NCBI GenBank assembly: GCA_951406725.2 | Contig: OX597829.1 | Coordinates: forward strand, 6,076,001-6,140,000 | Direction of reading: 5' to 3' | Source: Octopus vulgaris | Taxonomy: Eukaryota | Length of the DNA: 64,000 bases | Shown: positions 41,916-56,119 of the stretch, in pieces | Position numbering within the stretch: position 1 is the first letter of the stretch | How the letters are laid out: the number at the start of each line of letters is the position of its first letter | Program-made: the position numbers and the translations under genes | Notes under the pieces: generated by a model | Seen by the model: only the letters and a program-made list of their open reading frames with translations | What the model was told of the DNA's origin: nothing | Databases searched by the model: none

Positions 41916-42311
41916 TTATCGTTGTTTTACCCAAATACGGAGAATCTTGCCTCTCACAATATAGAAACATTCTCATGGCCCCAGTAGACAAAATGGAAAA
42001 GGTGTTGCCTCGGAGGAAAGAGAGGGAGATGCGCTGAAACAGTCTCTCTGATTCACGGAGTTCGTACTTGCCTGTACAGTCTCCACCCCGATTGCGGTGA
42101 GCAAGAATATGGTCCGGTGACCAAGGACGCCGGAGGACTCAACTGCCACAGGTTTGACCATAAACCTGTTGGAGAGCGACCGATATCTCGAGAGTTAGTT
42201 TTTCTCAGCCGGACAAGCAGCTGAAGCTAGGCTGGTAGCTGACAACACCAAGCTGCCGCTGGAGAAGGTGTCAGAGGCGAGATTCTCCGTATTTGAGTAA
42301 TACAACGATAA
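41916..42311 (-). mobile_element. C-terminal (restriction-like endonuclease region) fragment of a CRE-type non-LTR element bracketed by ~43-bp inverted repeats
   Basis: Minus-strand translation TFSSGSLVLSATSLASAACPAEKN*LSRYRSLSNRFMVKPVAVESSGVLG...LLTAIG. The inverted repeat TTATCGTTGT(T/A)TTAC(C/T)CAAATACGGAGAATCT(T/C)GCCTCT occurs at both ends. Confidence 0.7.
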
Positions 42312-43959
42312 AATGGCTATATAATAATTGTCTCTAGTAAAACTATTTACTTCCGTGAATCGATTGCACATGAAGTCTATATGCTTTTTGATATCTCTTG
42401 CATCTCATGAGCAACATCCAGGCATTCCGGCACTGCTAGGTGGTTATTTGGAACTATAGTCTCAGACACCGACTTCATATCATATACACTCAAACAAAAG
42501 ACAACCATATATTTCCTGGTTGGTTCATTCACAGCTGCCCAAAAGCTGTTGAAGCAAAGAATATGGCCAACAAGCTTTTGAGAAAAAAAAATCATTCATA
42601 TCTCCAAACAATGCAGATTCTGCTGACTGCTCCTGGAAAACGATTACCCAGTATCAGAATATAGATCCACGCATTACAAGGACTGTATACATTCATGCCT
42701 CGAAATCGCAACAGACCCTTTTGATTCTCATCAAAACGATCTCTAACAACTATGCTGGGTCGTTGTTCTTTCAATTTCTCACCTTCTCAACTTGTTAGCT
42801 CTGCAACCTGCAGAAAGGTTTCATATCTGTCGATCCCTTTGCTTCCAATATCATACTGCACAAACTAGATAAAATGTCTGAAAAAAGCAACTCTCTCCAT
42901 TATACCGAGCTCCCTAACACAATCTCAAACACATTAGTTGTAGACTATGTATTTATTTGAACTCCGTGTGCCGCAGATCTAGCTTCTGTATTCACCAAAC
43001 ACTTCCTTCATACTTTCTCTTTCTTCTCTCTCTCTCTTTGAAAACACACTGTTATGTTAACTGCTACCAATGATTTACCTTTGTTATAGTCATTCACAAC
43101 CACAACCTTCGTCTCCTTAGAGCTTTCTCCTTTTATAGTTTTTATTATTTATTATATTTATAGTTTTTATTATATTTTCAGTAAAGTCAGAGACATGCTT
43201 TCTTGTATCATACACTAGACGGTTTCGGAGCATAAGGAAATTTTCGTAAAACTAATTTTGTTGCATTTGACACGAGCAGTGCAGTCGACCTACTCTGACA
43301 TACCAAACTTCTTGTCAGCTTATCAACAGGCTCTATATATCTATCTGTCGTCTCTTCCGTCGAAGTCTTTCTGTTAAATGGCACCATGGCAGTGTGAGAC
43401 GGCAGAGCTCTGATAGATTCACACTTTATCAATACTGGTGTTCCAAGGCTGGGCTTTGGCTTCTACGTTCTTTATTCACAATACAGTAAATATCTACATG
43501 ATTACGATACAAACAACACTCGCACTTCAACAAACGAAAGCATATCAGCCATCCCTGACATTTTGCGTCCGTGTCCCAGACACCTCACGCCAGATCGCAT
43601 GCACTTTATTGACTGATTTCTCGAGACCATCCTCCTTTGGCGTCATAACAATAATGCATCATTCATAAGCCCCAAAACAAAATCCCTGTAACATATGCAA
43701 CAAATACGAGGCACAGAGATTTTATAATCCTTACTATTAAATGATAAAATTAAGAATGACTTAATGACTCTTTATGACTTTATATATATATAAATTCATC
43801 TCTCTCTCTCTCTGTATGTATGTATGTATGTATGTATGTATGTATGTATGTATGTATGTATGTATGTATGTATGTATGTATGTATGTATGTATGTATGTA
43901 TGTATGTATGTATGTATGTATGTATATATCTGCATACTTACACACACATAGTGAAGTAG

Positions 43960-44075
43960 TGAAGGCGCATGGTCAGTGGTTTGAGCGTCGTGCTCACAAT
44001 TATTAGATAGTGAGTTCGATTCTCGGACTGGGCTGTGTGTTGTGTTCTTGAGCAAGATACTACATTTCATGTTGA
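43960..44075 (+). mobile_element. 5' head of a tRNA-derived SINE
   Basis: A-box-like TGGTCAGTGG, B-box-like GAGTTCGATTCTC, then TGTTGTGTTCTTGAGCAAGATACT. Confidence 0.6.
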
Positions 44076-44393
44076 TCATTGGTATTAAAAGGTCATAGTT
44101 TAATAGTAGTTCAAGAACATTTACAGCTTTTTCAGTTTGTTAATTCGAAATAAGTTTGCATTTATATATATATATATGAAGGGATAATTGGCGCAAAGCA
44201 GTGTTTAGGCATAAGAAGAGTTTAGGTTAGTTGATATATGTTTGTCACATTTAATTAAATTGATCGGGCGATCTACTGGCGCAAATCAGTCAACACGTTG
44301 ACTGAATTATATATAAAACTATAGCTTTAAGTTCGTTCAGTGTTGCCTCTCTTAGGTTCATCTCATCGACAAAAGTCAAAAGCTATATATATA

Positions 44394-45559
44394 TAAGGTT
44401 GCTCATAAAATAAATGGCCGATTTCAGAAACATAATTTTATTTTGGAAAAATTAACAATAGAAATGTTTTCATTAGTCAAAGTATGAGCCGTGAACATCT
44501 CTGCCATCGATCAACGAAATTATTTGTACCACGTTAATAAAAATTTATTGTCTTTTATGCTAAGATTTCACCTCTGGTTTGGACCTGAAAGTGTTATTAA
44601 ACCATGTTTAAATGTTTAAAAAATGGTAATCAGTGGGTGAAAGATCAGGAGCATATGAAAGATGTGGTAAAGTGTCCTATCACAAGTCTGTGAGTTACTG
44701 CAGTGCCATTCTTGCAAGATGTGGCTTTGCATTATCATTGGGCCACGCCGATTCACCAATGTAGGTCTCATTTTTCGCAAGTGAGCATGCATTTCAGCGA
44801 GTTGATTGCAGTAAACCTCTGCTGTAATGTTTTGATTGGCTTCTAAAAGCTGTAATGAACAACACCAATTGCAGAGCAACAGACAGCCACCATAATCTTC
44901 TGCTGATGCACCTTTGGCTTTGGGACGTGTTTGAGAGACGCATCACGTTTAAGCCACTTTTTGTCACAAGTGAAAATTTGGTCAAGAAAAAATCATTGGT
45001 ATTTCGCAGAAAGAGCATCGAGCACACTTCAAAATGCTGAATTTTTTGATTTTCATTGAGTTCATGGGATACCCATGTATCGAAATTTTTTTACCTTACC
45101 AGTTGTCTGTAGATTGCGTGGAGCCGATGCAATAACGACGCCAAGTACCTGAGACATTTCCCTGACACTTTGATGTGAGTTTTGTTCAGGAATTGCTTTC
45201 AATTATTCATAGTCAAGACTGCATGACCGTCCTCTACCTTCTTCAGCTTCAAGGCTCTCATCACCACTACGGTATTTCTGAAACCACCTTCGTACTATGT
45301 GATCACTTGTGAATCCCTCTCACCATGCTCTTTTGACATTAGCAACAGCCTGGGAAGCATTGTGCCCAAGCTTGAACTCATGCAAGAAAACTAAGCGAAG
45401 GTCCTTTTTTGTCATGCCTGAAATAAGCAGAACATAATTAAAAAGCATACATCGATTATTAAGTATATCGAAATTCACCAAAGATATAATTAAAATACTA
45501 TAACATTTGCGTTCCAAAATACAAAACTTAGAGCGGCCATCATTTTCGGAACAACCTAA
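44394..45559 (-). mobile_element. Mariner (Tc1/mariner) DNA transposon, decayed
   Basis: Imperfect TIRs T(A/T)AGGTTG...ATGGCCG flanked by TA. Transposase starts at ATG 45415: MTKKDLRLVFLHEFKLGHNASQA, WVSHEL, TSDKKW, DNAKPH, YAPDLSPTDYHF. Confidence 0.92.
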
Positions 45560-46160
45560 TACATACATACATACATACATACATACATACATACATACAT
45601 ACATACATACATACATGCATGCATATATACATACATACATACATACATACATACATACATACATACATACATACATACATACATGCATGCATATATACAT
45701 ACATACATACATACATACATACATACATACATACATACATACATACATGCATATATACATACATACATGCATATAAACATACATACATACATACATACTT
45801 ACATGCATATATACATACATACATATATACCGACATACATACATAAATACATACATACATACATACATACGTATATACATACATACATGCATACATACAT
45901 ACATATATACATACATACATACATACATGCATATATACATACATACATGCATATAAACATACATACATACATACATACATGCATATATACATACATACAT
46001 ACATACATACATACATACATACATGCATATAAACATACATACATACATACATACATACATGCATATAAACATACATACATACATACTTACATACATACAT
46101 ACATACATGCATATAAACATACATACGTATATACATACATACTTACATATATACATACCA
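45560..46160. repeat. Compound (CATA)n satellite with recurring CATGCATATA/CATATAAA variants
   Basis: Directly visible. Confidence 0.95.
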
Positions 46161-48110
46161 ATTCCACACATAGTTTATACCTTTTAAGGCTCAACTGTTG
46201 TTTCCTCAGTTCAATCAGCATTAAATATATGTCTACATAATTGTGTTTCAGTGTCAATTAATGCAAATTAAATTTGTTTAAATGAATTAAAATCTCTATT
46301 GTCGCAAATCATCATGAATATTACGTGTTACTGGTTAAGCCAAGTGAGAACAACTGCATATGACAACTGCAAGAATTTCGCCATTATTGACATGCCATTA
46401 AATAAAAAACACCTTGATATTTCATCGAGAAGATGAAATCTGTGAACACGTGTTTTTCTTTCATTGGCCTTATTTGCACATTAGTAGTCATGGCTTATCT
46501 TCAGCAGGACAAAACACCGAAAAAGCTAAAGCAATTCGTAGTTTTTACTTCACATTAACTTCTGAATTCAAATGCAGCTTGCTTTACTTTTCATCCTTAA
46601 AATAAATGTTATTCATATAATGGGACTGAAATAATCAACTGTACTCTCAAAATTTCTGGTTGTGTTTAAATAACTCGCTTTGTGAATCAATATTTTTCTG
46701 AAAACGTCACTTGTTTCTAAAATATGAACTCTAGGGAAAGATATCAACGTACAAAGAAGTTTTTCCACGCTTTTACTTATTTACTGATTTATTTTTTCTC
46801 AGTGTATATTTGATAGAGCAGGAACCTTTGTAGCTGCTGTAGAGTAGATTAAAAGAATTGAAATAACACCCAGTAGTCCTGATTTTGCAGAGTGTCAGTG
46901 AATCAGTGTCTACAATATGAATTTGTATTTACTGAGATGCGGAATGATCATATAAGCATAACAACAACAATCTTTTAACTACGAAACTTGCATATTTAAT
47001 ATTATTTATCTGAAATCACTAGGACAGAAGTAGCGTTTCTAGCTAATTAACTGCTTGTAAGACAAAATTAAAGATGGCGAATTATATCTATGATTTATTA
47101 CTGAAAGAAAAGATTGTGCCTTCCTTCTTATATTCGGGCACTATTAATCCTTGGTAACATTTTAACCTAATTTGTACTGAATTTTTAATTTTATTTGTTT
47201 TATTAATTTTCATTATTTCAACAACTTACAAGTGAAAGAACTTTTATTTTGTTGCTCTTGGTAAAAAGATCAACAAAATATTTTCCAAATTCTTCTTTGC
47301 TGACTTAAAAGAAATGAAATCTGGCAACGCAATGAATAATGTAGCTTACATACAGTATCTCTGATTAGAGACGGTTTTTTCATGGCTGCAAGAATTTAAT
47401 AGGTTGGTTCGATCAGGGCTGGTCTAGTACTAATCAATCAGAACATTACGGTCGAAGCAATTCTAGGCATTCAGCTGTTTTATATTTTGCTCTATGTTAG
47501 GTCGTGTTATATATTTTAAATACTTTTTGCTATATTTGACTGAATTTGTCGCTAGATTAATGTTTATGAGGAATAAATCAATAACGTTCCTTTATGTTAT
47601 TTTCCTTAACAACAGGACAGGGAATTAGTTGAATTGGTTGATCAGTGGTTAGAATATCTTCGGTATATTACATTCTGAGCTCAGACACTGACGGCTAGCA
47701 TTCCAGGATAGATATTATTTGTACAAGTCAAGACTGGTTAATCTAGCCGACTACTCCAGTCCTCTATCCACACAGTATTTTCATTGTGAGGCCTGTATTG
47801 TAGTAAATAGATGTTGTTTGCTAATAATTCCTAAAATATTTTAAAATCTATAATATTCCGCTCATCAATTGCTTCCGAATGACTGTGTTTTATTTTCTGT
47901 CCAGTTAAATAGCTCAGCTCTTTGTTCTCCTTCTTACTTTACAGCAGGACTTAAAGTTTCTATGTATGCCAAGATAAGTGGATATGTGCCTTTTGAGTGT
48001 GTGTATCTCTGTGTGTGTGTGTGTGTTTGTGGGTGGGTGCGTGTGTGTGTATGTGTATACTTATATATGTATATATATATTCCCATATATGTATTTATAC
48101 ACACACATCC

Positions 48111-48225
<115 letters not shown>

Positions 48226-48269
48226 AGTACACATATAAGTGTAAATTTATAGGTATATATGTATTTAAG

Positions 48270-48308
<39 letters not shown>

Positions 48309-48590
48309 AAATACAAATATATATATGCGTGTGTGTGTGTATGTACGTGTATATGTATTTATATATATGTACACATACACACACACACACAAATATCACC
48401 ATTCGCGCAAATACATACACATGCATATATGTGCATTGTTAATATTACCGTTGTTAGTTCCTATTAGTATCACCACACCATTATCTTTCTGCTGATAATT
48501 GTCTTGACTGTTTCAGGTAAGAAAACCAATCAAATCAACTCATGTAAATAAGATAAGATTTCCGCAAAGAAATCAAAAAACCAAATGCTA

Positions 48591-48592
<2 letters not shown>

Positions 48593-48621
<29 letters not shown>

Positions 48622-49010
48622 TGTATGTATGTATGTATGTATGTATGTATGTATGTATGTATGTATGTATGTATGTATGTATGTATGTATGTATGTTTCT
48701 ATGTATGTATGTATGTATGTATGTATGTATGTATGTATGTATGTATGTATGTATGTATGTATGTATGTATGGATGGATGGATGTATGTATGGATGTATGG
48801 ATGTATGTATGTATGTATGTATGTATGTATGTATGTATGTATGTATGTATGTATGTATGTATGTATGTATGTATGTATGTATGTATGTATGTATGTATGT
48901 ATGTATGTATGTATGTATGGATGGATGGATGGATGTGTGTATGTATGTATGTATGTATGTATGTATGTATGTATGTATGTATGTATGCATGCATGTATGC
49001 ATGCATGCAT
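48593..49010. repeat. (TATG)n microsatellite with GGAT variants
   Basis: Directly visible. Confidence 0.96.
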
Positions 49011-49055
49011 ATATGCATATATTCATATATGTAATATACACACATACACACAAAC

Positions 49056-49109
<54 letters not shown>

Positions 49110-49425
49110 ACATGCACCAACACACACATATACTCACTTGTGTACAGAGAGAGAATTAATGTAAATACAAAATACAAAATATAATAAGCAATTTCAAGTC
49201 AACGATGAATAATATGCATTGAAAATATCCGTTAGCGTGTAGACTTTTTGTGATTGTTTTTAATCTGAGTCATTAATCCTTAATCTTAATCCATATTCGA
49301 AAAGAAAATTGTACTAGGTATATTTATCTATAATTAAAGATGTATACACACACACACATACGTACATATATGTGTGTGTGTATGTGTATATGTATTTATA
49401 CATATGCTATGCAGTCGTTTAGTTG

Positions 49426-49487
<62 letters not shown>

Positions 49488-49492
49488 TGTGC

Positions 49493-49541
<49 letters not shown>

Positions 49542-51119
49542 TGTGTGTGTGTGTATGCACTTACACTAGAATCAGGATGCCAGTATTGAACATCAGTCTT
49601 TCTCCTCCACAGTTCACTGAGGCGAAGTGAACATTTAAGTGTATCATAGATAATATCGATTTGTTACATAAGTGCAATAACTTAGATTTGCAGGAGAAGA
49701 AACTAAATGATATCCTATGATAGTATTGCATTTCTGTTGGTCATGATTAAGATAAGAGAATTGGAATTTCTCTGTCCGGAAACCGAAATCAAATTAACTT
49801 GTGTCCTCACGGACCTACATCTACTCTACGGCACGCTTCAGTATCGTATTGACAATAATGTTATTGAAATTAATTACAGCTTGCTTAAACTGTAGGCCAG
49901 TCTCTTAGACAGCTGTCGATGTGAACCTTTTGTATTCGTAGCAACTTCCTACGTTTTACATATTTCTGTTGTCTCGAAGCAGTATGTTGCTATTTATTGT
50001 TGATACCGCTGTTATTGTTATACCGTGTTGTTGTCATCGTCGCTGTTGTTGGTACTGTTGCTGCTGCTGCAATTATTACTTGGTGTTGTTTTTGCCCCGG
50101 GTTATCATTGGTGAATGAAACGTATGACTAAGGGCATCCAAGCTGTGACCAACCTGTATTTTATATCAAAGACAACACCTACCAATGTGGCCTTTTTATT
50201 CGAATACTCATAGGACATATTTGAGAATGATTTAATTGCTCTCGATAACGCTATATATTCTGTTCCTCAATATTTCAGATGTTTAGCAGTTAAAATCTCG
50301 AAGCACCGTTTGCCCCCACACACATACCCCGGCGCGCGCGCACACACATAATGACACACACACACACACACACACACATACACAAAACACATATAAACAA
50401 CGATTGATTAATACAAATCCCAACTTGGAGCTTGTCGTGATTCCAATACAAATCCTAGCTTGGATCTTGGCGCGAATAAGACCACCACAAGCTGAAATAT
50501 GATAAAGGTTGGAAAGAATAGGTATACCGCAACGACTGTCGCTCGAGAAAACAAGACCGACGTATTCAGATGCTATGTAGAGGGGTCTGTTCCAAAAATA
50601 TGTTTCAGTCTTTCACTCAATATTGGTACAACCAACGATAAGCCTGCAACTTGTCTGGCAGTCATGGGTGGCAGCAAAAAACATATATGCCCCAGGACCC
50701 TGAAGTGAGGTCAGAAGGAGTCAGCGGTTAGAGATTGGGAACTAAGGATTAACGAAAAGGAACTAGTGGAATATGCCAAACGCATCAGGTTACATATGGA
50801 TGGGAACTAAACATGGATGGATGGTAAAAAGTCCACTATTCAGGTGAAGCGCTATGATTGCAAAGGTAGAAGTGTGAATACAAGATCCAGGCTGTCAGAC
50901 TGTATGGATGGGAACTAAATGTATGGGGGGATTTGCTCCAAGGCACGCGTGGCGTAGAATTGTATGTTTTTGGTATATTCTAGGGTATCTGACAAGTCGT
51001 AAATCTCCTTGGTGTATTACAATCAACTGAATAATAACAGACGATAATTGTCAGTTCATTACATCTGTAATTAGCTGACAATTATACATCGTCTATCATT
51101 ATTCATTTGTGTGTATATA

Positions 51120-51158
<39 letters not shown>

Positions 51159-51200
51159 ACTATCTATATATATATGTATCTGTCTGTCTATATGTATATG

Positions 51201-51300
<100 letters not shown>

Positions 51301-51492
51301 GTGTGTGTATGTGCGTGTATGCATATATATATAAAGATATATACATATATGTATATATATACACATACCTATATGTATATATATACATACATACATACAT
51401 TTATATATATATATATACATACATATATATATATACATACATACATATACATATACACATACATACATATATATATATATATACATATATAT

Positions 51493-51546
<54 letters not shown>

Positions 51547-51547
<1 letters not shown>

Positions 51548-51682
51548 ACGTAAAGTATACTAGCCATCTCAATATGGCTAACCACTAAGGGTGGTTGTTA
51601 CTGTAGCTCCTGAGGCTAAAAGCTACAGTAACACCCACCCTTAGTAGTTAGCCATATTGAGATGGCTAGTATACTTTACGTT
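51547..51682. repeat. Near-perfect palindrome (~62-bp arms, 12-nt spacer) in a (TA)n context
   Basis: AACGTAAAGTATACTAGCCATCTCAATATGGCTAAC...TACTGTAGCT versus AGCTACAGTAAC...GTTAGCCATATTGAGATGGCTAGTATACTTTACGTT, with 2 mismatches. Confidence 0.92.
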
Positions 51683-51726
51683 GTCGAGCGGTTACTGTTT
51701 ACATCTCGCTCAGAGATTTATTATTG

Positions 51727-51784
<58 letters not shown>

Positions 51785-51841
51785 GAAAGAATAAATAGAG
51801 TCAAAAGGAGGAGGAAGTAAGATTTGACTGCTGTTTAATGA

Positions 51842-51951
51842 CCACTACACATGTTTTGATACAACATAGATCCACATATATACAGGTTTTAAATTTAAAT
51901 TAAGTAAAGTTTTACCTGCATAATAGGACCTAATTGTATCTCCTCAGGTGA
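51842..51951 (-). ncRNA. Hammerhead-like motif with extended stem II (G12->A, probably inactive)
   Basis: Minus strand reads TCAC-CTGAGGA-GATACAA-[~70-nt hairpin]-TTGTATC-AAAA-CATGTG-TA-GTGG. Confidence 0.6.
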
Positions 51952-52116
51952 TATAAAATCGGTGTCTCTGTAAGTAAATGTTTGATTTCAATGCACTGGC
52001 TCCTTTGAATCCAGGAGAAGCTGACAGTTTCAATCTCATACTAGTTGGTATCTGCTTATTCTAAGGGTGAACGAGCTCTGTTTTGTACTCTAATACTTTC
52101 TTAACGAAATACACCT

Positions 52117-52148
<32 letters not shown>

Positions 52149-52274
52149 CGTATGTATGTTGCGTGTGCCTATGTGTGTGTATACATATATGTAGATACAT
52201 ACGTAAATAAGCTTACAAATATATTGTTCAAAAACACATATATATAACTTAAAATAGAATAGAAGATCTGAAAT

Positions 52275-52320
52275 CCACCTGATGAATGTCCTGAGAAGAG
52301 ACATGAAACAATTGTAGTGG
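52275..52320 (+). ncRNA. Minimal type I hammerhead ribozyme (intact core)
   Basis: CCAC-CTGATGA-ATGTC-CTGAGAAGA-GACAT-GAAA-CAATTG-TA-GTGG. All three stems pair, stem III is palindromic, and the cleavage triplet is GUA. Confidence 0.82.
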
Positions 52321-52501
52321 CGAATATAATTTTATTTAATTTATATTAAAATTTTTTTATGTATTGGATTAAGTCTTTCTTTGTTTGATTTGCAAAATAG
52401 TGGTTTTGTCTCTAATTAATATTATATAATATTTTACTATAAAATTGGATTCAATCCTAAATCTGATTTTCCCTGTAAATTTGGATTTATTCCCTAATAT
52501 T

Positions 52502-52706
<205 letters not shown>

Positions 52707-53849
52707 TATATACATATATATATATATACGTATGTATGTTGCGTGTGTCTATGTGTGTGTATACATATATGTAGATACATACGTAAATAAGCTTACAAAT
52801 ATATTGTTCAAAAACACATATATGTTAGAAATCTGAGAGCTTTTGCATATGATGTTATCAGAAATATGTTCCTTCAATATTTTTTCTCCAATTATTAAAA
52901 TCCCTCCTATTAAGGAATGCTCCCAGTGCACAAATTTTGCATATGCATATGCATATTAAATTCAATAGTTATTTTCCATATGTAGAGGAAATGTACAGTT
53001 ACTAGGCTCTGTAGTGTATCGAACCAAAATGCTCATTATATACAGATAATTCAAAGAGAAACTTCTGACACCACTTCTGTTCAAAATACTGTTCTTCATT
53101 TATTTAGCTTTTAATAAGTCTTATATTAGTTAATATGGCAGCATTAAAAATGCAGTATAAACCGTAACTTGAAACTCCGTCGCTTCTACAGATATCTCAT
53201 AGCACATTTTTGTTCGTATTTTTTTTTTTATCAGTCTTGTTCATGTACCTCCCCTGCCAACATATGAAATGCTTGTTACTTACCATTTTTATTTTTTAGT
53301 TTTCGACGTGACAAATCTCTTCACCAGCGAGTTATTGCTCGTTTTTTTTTTTTGCAAAGCTCATTTGGAATCCATACACACACTACTCTGCCCGAGAACA
53401 CGTCGTCTGTTAGTATAATGTTTGCATTATGTATAGGCTTTAGGTCTTCCTGTTTTTGTTTTAGTAAACTAGTACTGGTAGATTGATCGGTCAAAATTAG
53501 CTTTTAAACTGCAATTTCATTGAGTGAAGCTATTTTATACGTTTTAGCTTACTTAGTTCGCAGCTCTACGTTCGGGAGAGAAAATAGACGGAATTACTCA
53601 ATTTCTAATAAAGTTTATTTTATTTGCTTATCATTAGCACTTCTGTCTGTCTATTTGTCTGACTGACTATGATCTGTCTGTAAGTCTCTCTCTCTCTCTC
53701 CTACCTATTCTTTCTCTCTCTCCCTCCCTCTCTGCAAATTATAACCTCTTTGTGTTGTTAATGTTGAGCATTATTCCCAATGTTGATTTATGAATACCAT
53801 GCGCTTCTGCCAAAGGTAAGTTTTATAATGTAATTTATGCCTACTATCC

Positions 53850-54215
53850 AAGGTTAAAAATATGAAAACAAGTAATGCAAAGAAAGAAAAAAATGGTCTT
53901 TAACGTTTCGGGTGGTATTCCTTAATCAGAAACATTAGAAAAGAGAAATGATGGGAAAATGGTTTAGGAGCCAATAAAAAGGAGTTAGAAAGAGAAAAAG
54001 GAGTCGTGGTGGGGTATAAATGTAAAGGTGACGTGTAGAGAGATGGGCATTGAGGTAAGTGTGGGAGCGGTGAGCGGAGTTGATCGTTAGGAGGGGTGGG
54101 AAGAAAGAGCAGGTAGGAAAAGAAAGAAGGAAAACAGTGTAGTTGGTGAGAAAAGATAATAAAAGCGTGCAGGTATAAGGTTGGTAAATATAAAAGGAAG
54201 AAATTGTGCATAGTA
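53850..54215 (-). mobile_element. Penelope-type terminal-repeat relic with a decayed hammerhead
   Basis: Minus strand reads TTT-CTGATTA-AGGAATACCACCC-GAAA-CG-TT-AAAG at 53898-53932, downstream of a pyrimidine-rich tract; same layout as 21658-21866. Confidence 0.45.
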
Positions 54216-54544
54216 CCTTAAAATGTCAGTTAATTGTTAAAGCATAAATGAGGATAATTATTAAACAAACAACGAGATCGATGATGAAAAGAATGGGTAA
54301 AGGGCGCGTATGCCATATTTCGGGAGTTTTTGTCCCTTCATCTACACCCACCTAACCCCTTAATCCTCCACGAACACATTGCTTAGATAACCACCAAATA
54401 CAGCGGTGTAGCATTATTGGATAGACCAATTTTACATATTAAGCACATTCCTGGAAGGTGGTGCGAAAATAGTTTTCATCTTCGATCAAATTTTTTTTTT
54501 ATATCTGACGTCACTGATAGGAAACGTCGTAACAAAAATCAGTG

Positions 54545-54992
54545 TTACTCTTACTCTTTACTCTTTTACTTGTTTGAGTCATTTGACTGTGGCCATACTG
54601 GAGTACCGCCTTTAGTCGAGCAAATCGACTCCAGGACTTATTGCTTGAAAGCTTAGTACTTATTCTATCGATCTCTTTTGCCGAACTGCTAAGTTACGGG
54701 GACGAAAACACACCACCATCGGTTGTCAAGCGATGTTAGGGGGACAAACACATACACACAAACATACACACACACACACATACATACATACATGTATATA
54801 TATATATACATATATGTATACATATATACGACGGGCTTCTTTCAGTTTCCGTCTACCAAATCCACTCATAAGGCTTTGGTCGGCCCGAGGCTATAGTAGA
54901 AGACACTTGCCCAAGGTGCCACGCAGTGGGACTGAACCCAGAACCATGTGGTTGGTAAACAAGCTACTTACCACACAGCCACTCCTACGCCT
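54545..54992 (-). mobile_element. tRNA-derived SINE, family A
   Basis: Full-length match to the other family A copies. Confidence 0.88.
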
Positions 54993-55654
54993 GGTGTCGG
55001 CTAAAATTTCAAATGAATATCTGTACAGATGGTGTAAAGTACACTGCAAACACAGCAGAACTCGGTAATGACTTACAAAAGAGGTTTAATATACTTTATA
55101 GTATATTATGGTTGCATAACAAATTATTGCGTCCCCACAAGCCACAAATATTGACGTATCATCTTCCAGGATGTGTTTAATATGTGAATTTAAACGCTAT
55201 GCCGCTGTATTTGATGACTATTTAAGAAACGTGTTTGTTGAGGATTAAGTGGTTAGATGAGTACGGATGAAGCGGAAAAATTCTCGAAATATGGATATAT
55301 ACACCAATTACCCATTTTCATCTTCAATCTCATTGTTTGTTTACATCTGATGTCTCGGATACAAAACTTCGTAGCAAAAATTACTACTGGCTATAATTTC
55401 TATAGAATATCAGTAGGAATAGCCTTAACTAGTGATGAGGTTAACTGTTTTGAAAAAGGATATGATAAAGTTTAATTTTATTAATTGAAAATTAAAAAGT
55501 TTTGAAAAGTTACGCAGATGGAGGGAAGTTAGAAGTCATAATAGTAATAGAACCCAATAGTGAAGAGGAGAAATAATAGAAAATAAAGTAAAAAAGTTAA
55601 TAAGGTGAATAGTGCGAAAATTACAAAGGAAAATGTAAGCTAGGAACAATAATA

Positions 55655-55889
55655 GTTCTTTCTTTATTGCCCACAATGGGCTAAGCATAGAGGGCACAAA
55701 CAAAGGGATTAAGTCGATTGCTTCAACCCCAGTACGTAACTAGTACTTATTTAATCGACCCCGAAAAGATGAACGGCAAAGTCGACCTCGGCGGAATTTG
55801 AACTCGGAACGTAACGGCAGACGAAATACCCAAACCCTAACCCTAAGCACTTCGCCCGGTGTGTAAACGGTTCTATCATATCGCCGTCT
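55655..55889 (-). mobile_element. tRNA-derived SINE with Nin/Deu-like domain
   Basis: Reverse complement contains GAGTTCAAATTCCGCCGAGGTCGACTTTGCCGTTCATCTTTTCGGGGTCGATTAAATAAGTAC; same family as 4890-5082. Confidence 0.8.
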
Positions 55890-56119
55890 TTAGAAAAGAT
55901 AATATTGTTTAAAAAATGTTTAAAAAATGTCTTTAAAAAATTTTTAAAGGCTTAATCACTCGGAGAGAAGTCCAAATGATGTGATATAGCAGGTTTTGAT
56001 TTAACATATTACAATATAATGCTTGAATATAATATGCGATATTTAAGACGATGCTGCAGTTTTACAATTTATTAATAAAAGTCTGTTTCATTTCTCTCAT
56101 CGTATGTAATACAACAATA

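Noticed and set aside
42370-43700. Possible Gypsy integrase relic (TIVSD, YRST fragments)
   Set aside because: Too degraded: no LTRs or continuous frame.
50400-50930. Complex segment with duplicated TA/TG-TATGGATGGGAACTAAA (YGWELN)
   Set aside because: Multiple stops and no assignable family; likely an old transposon fragment.
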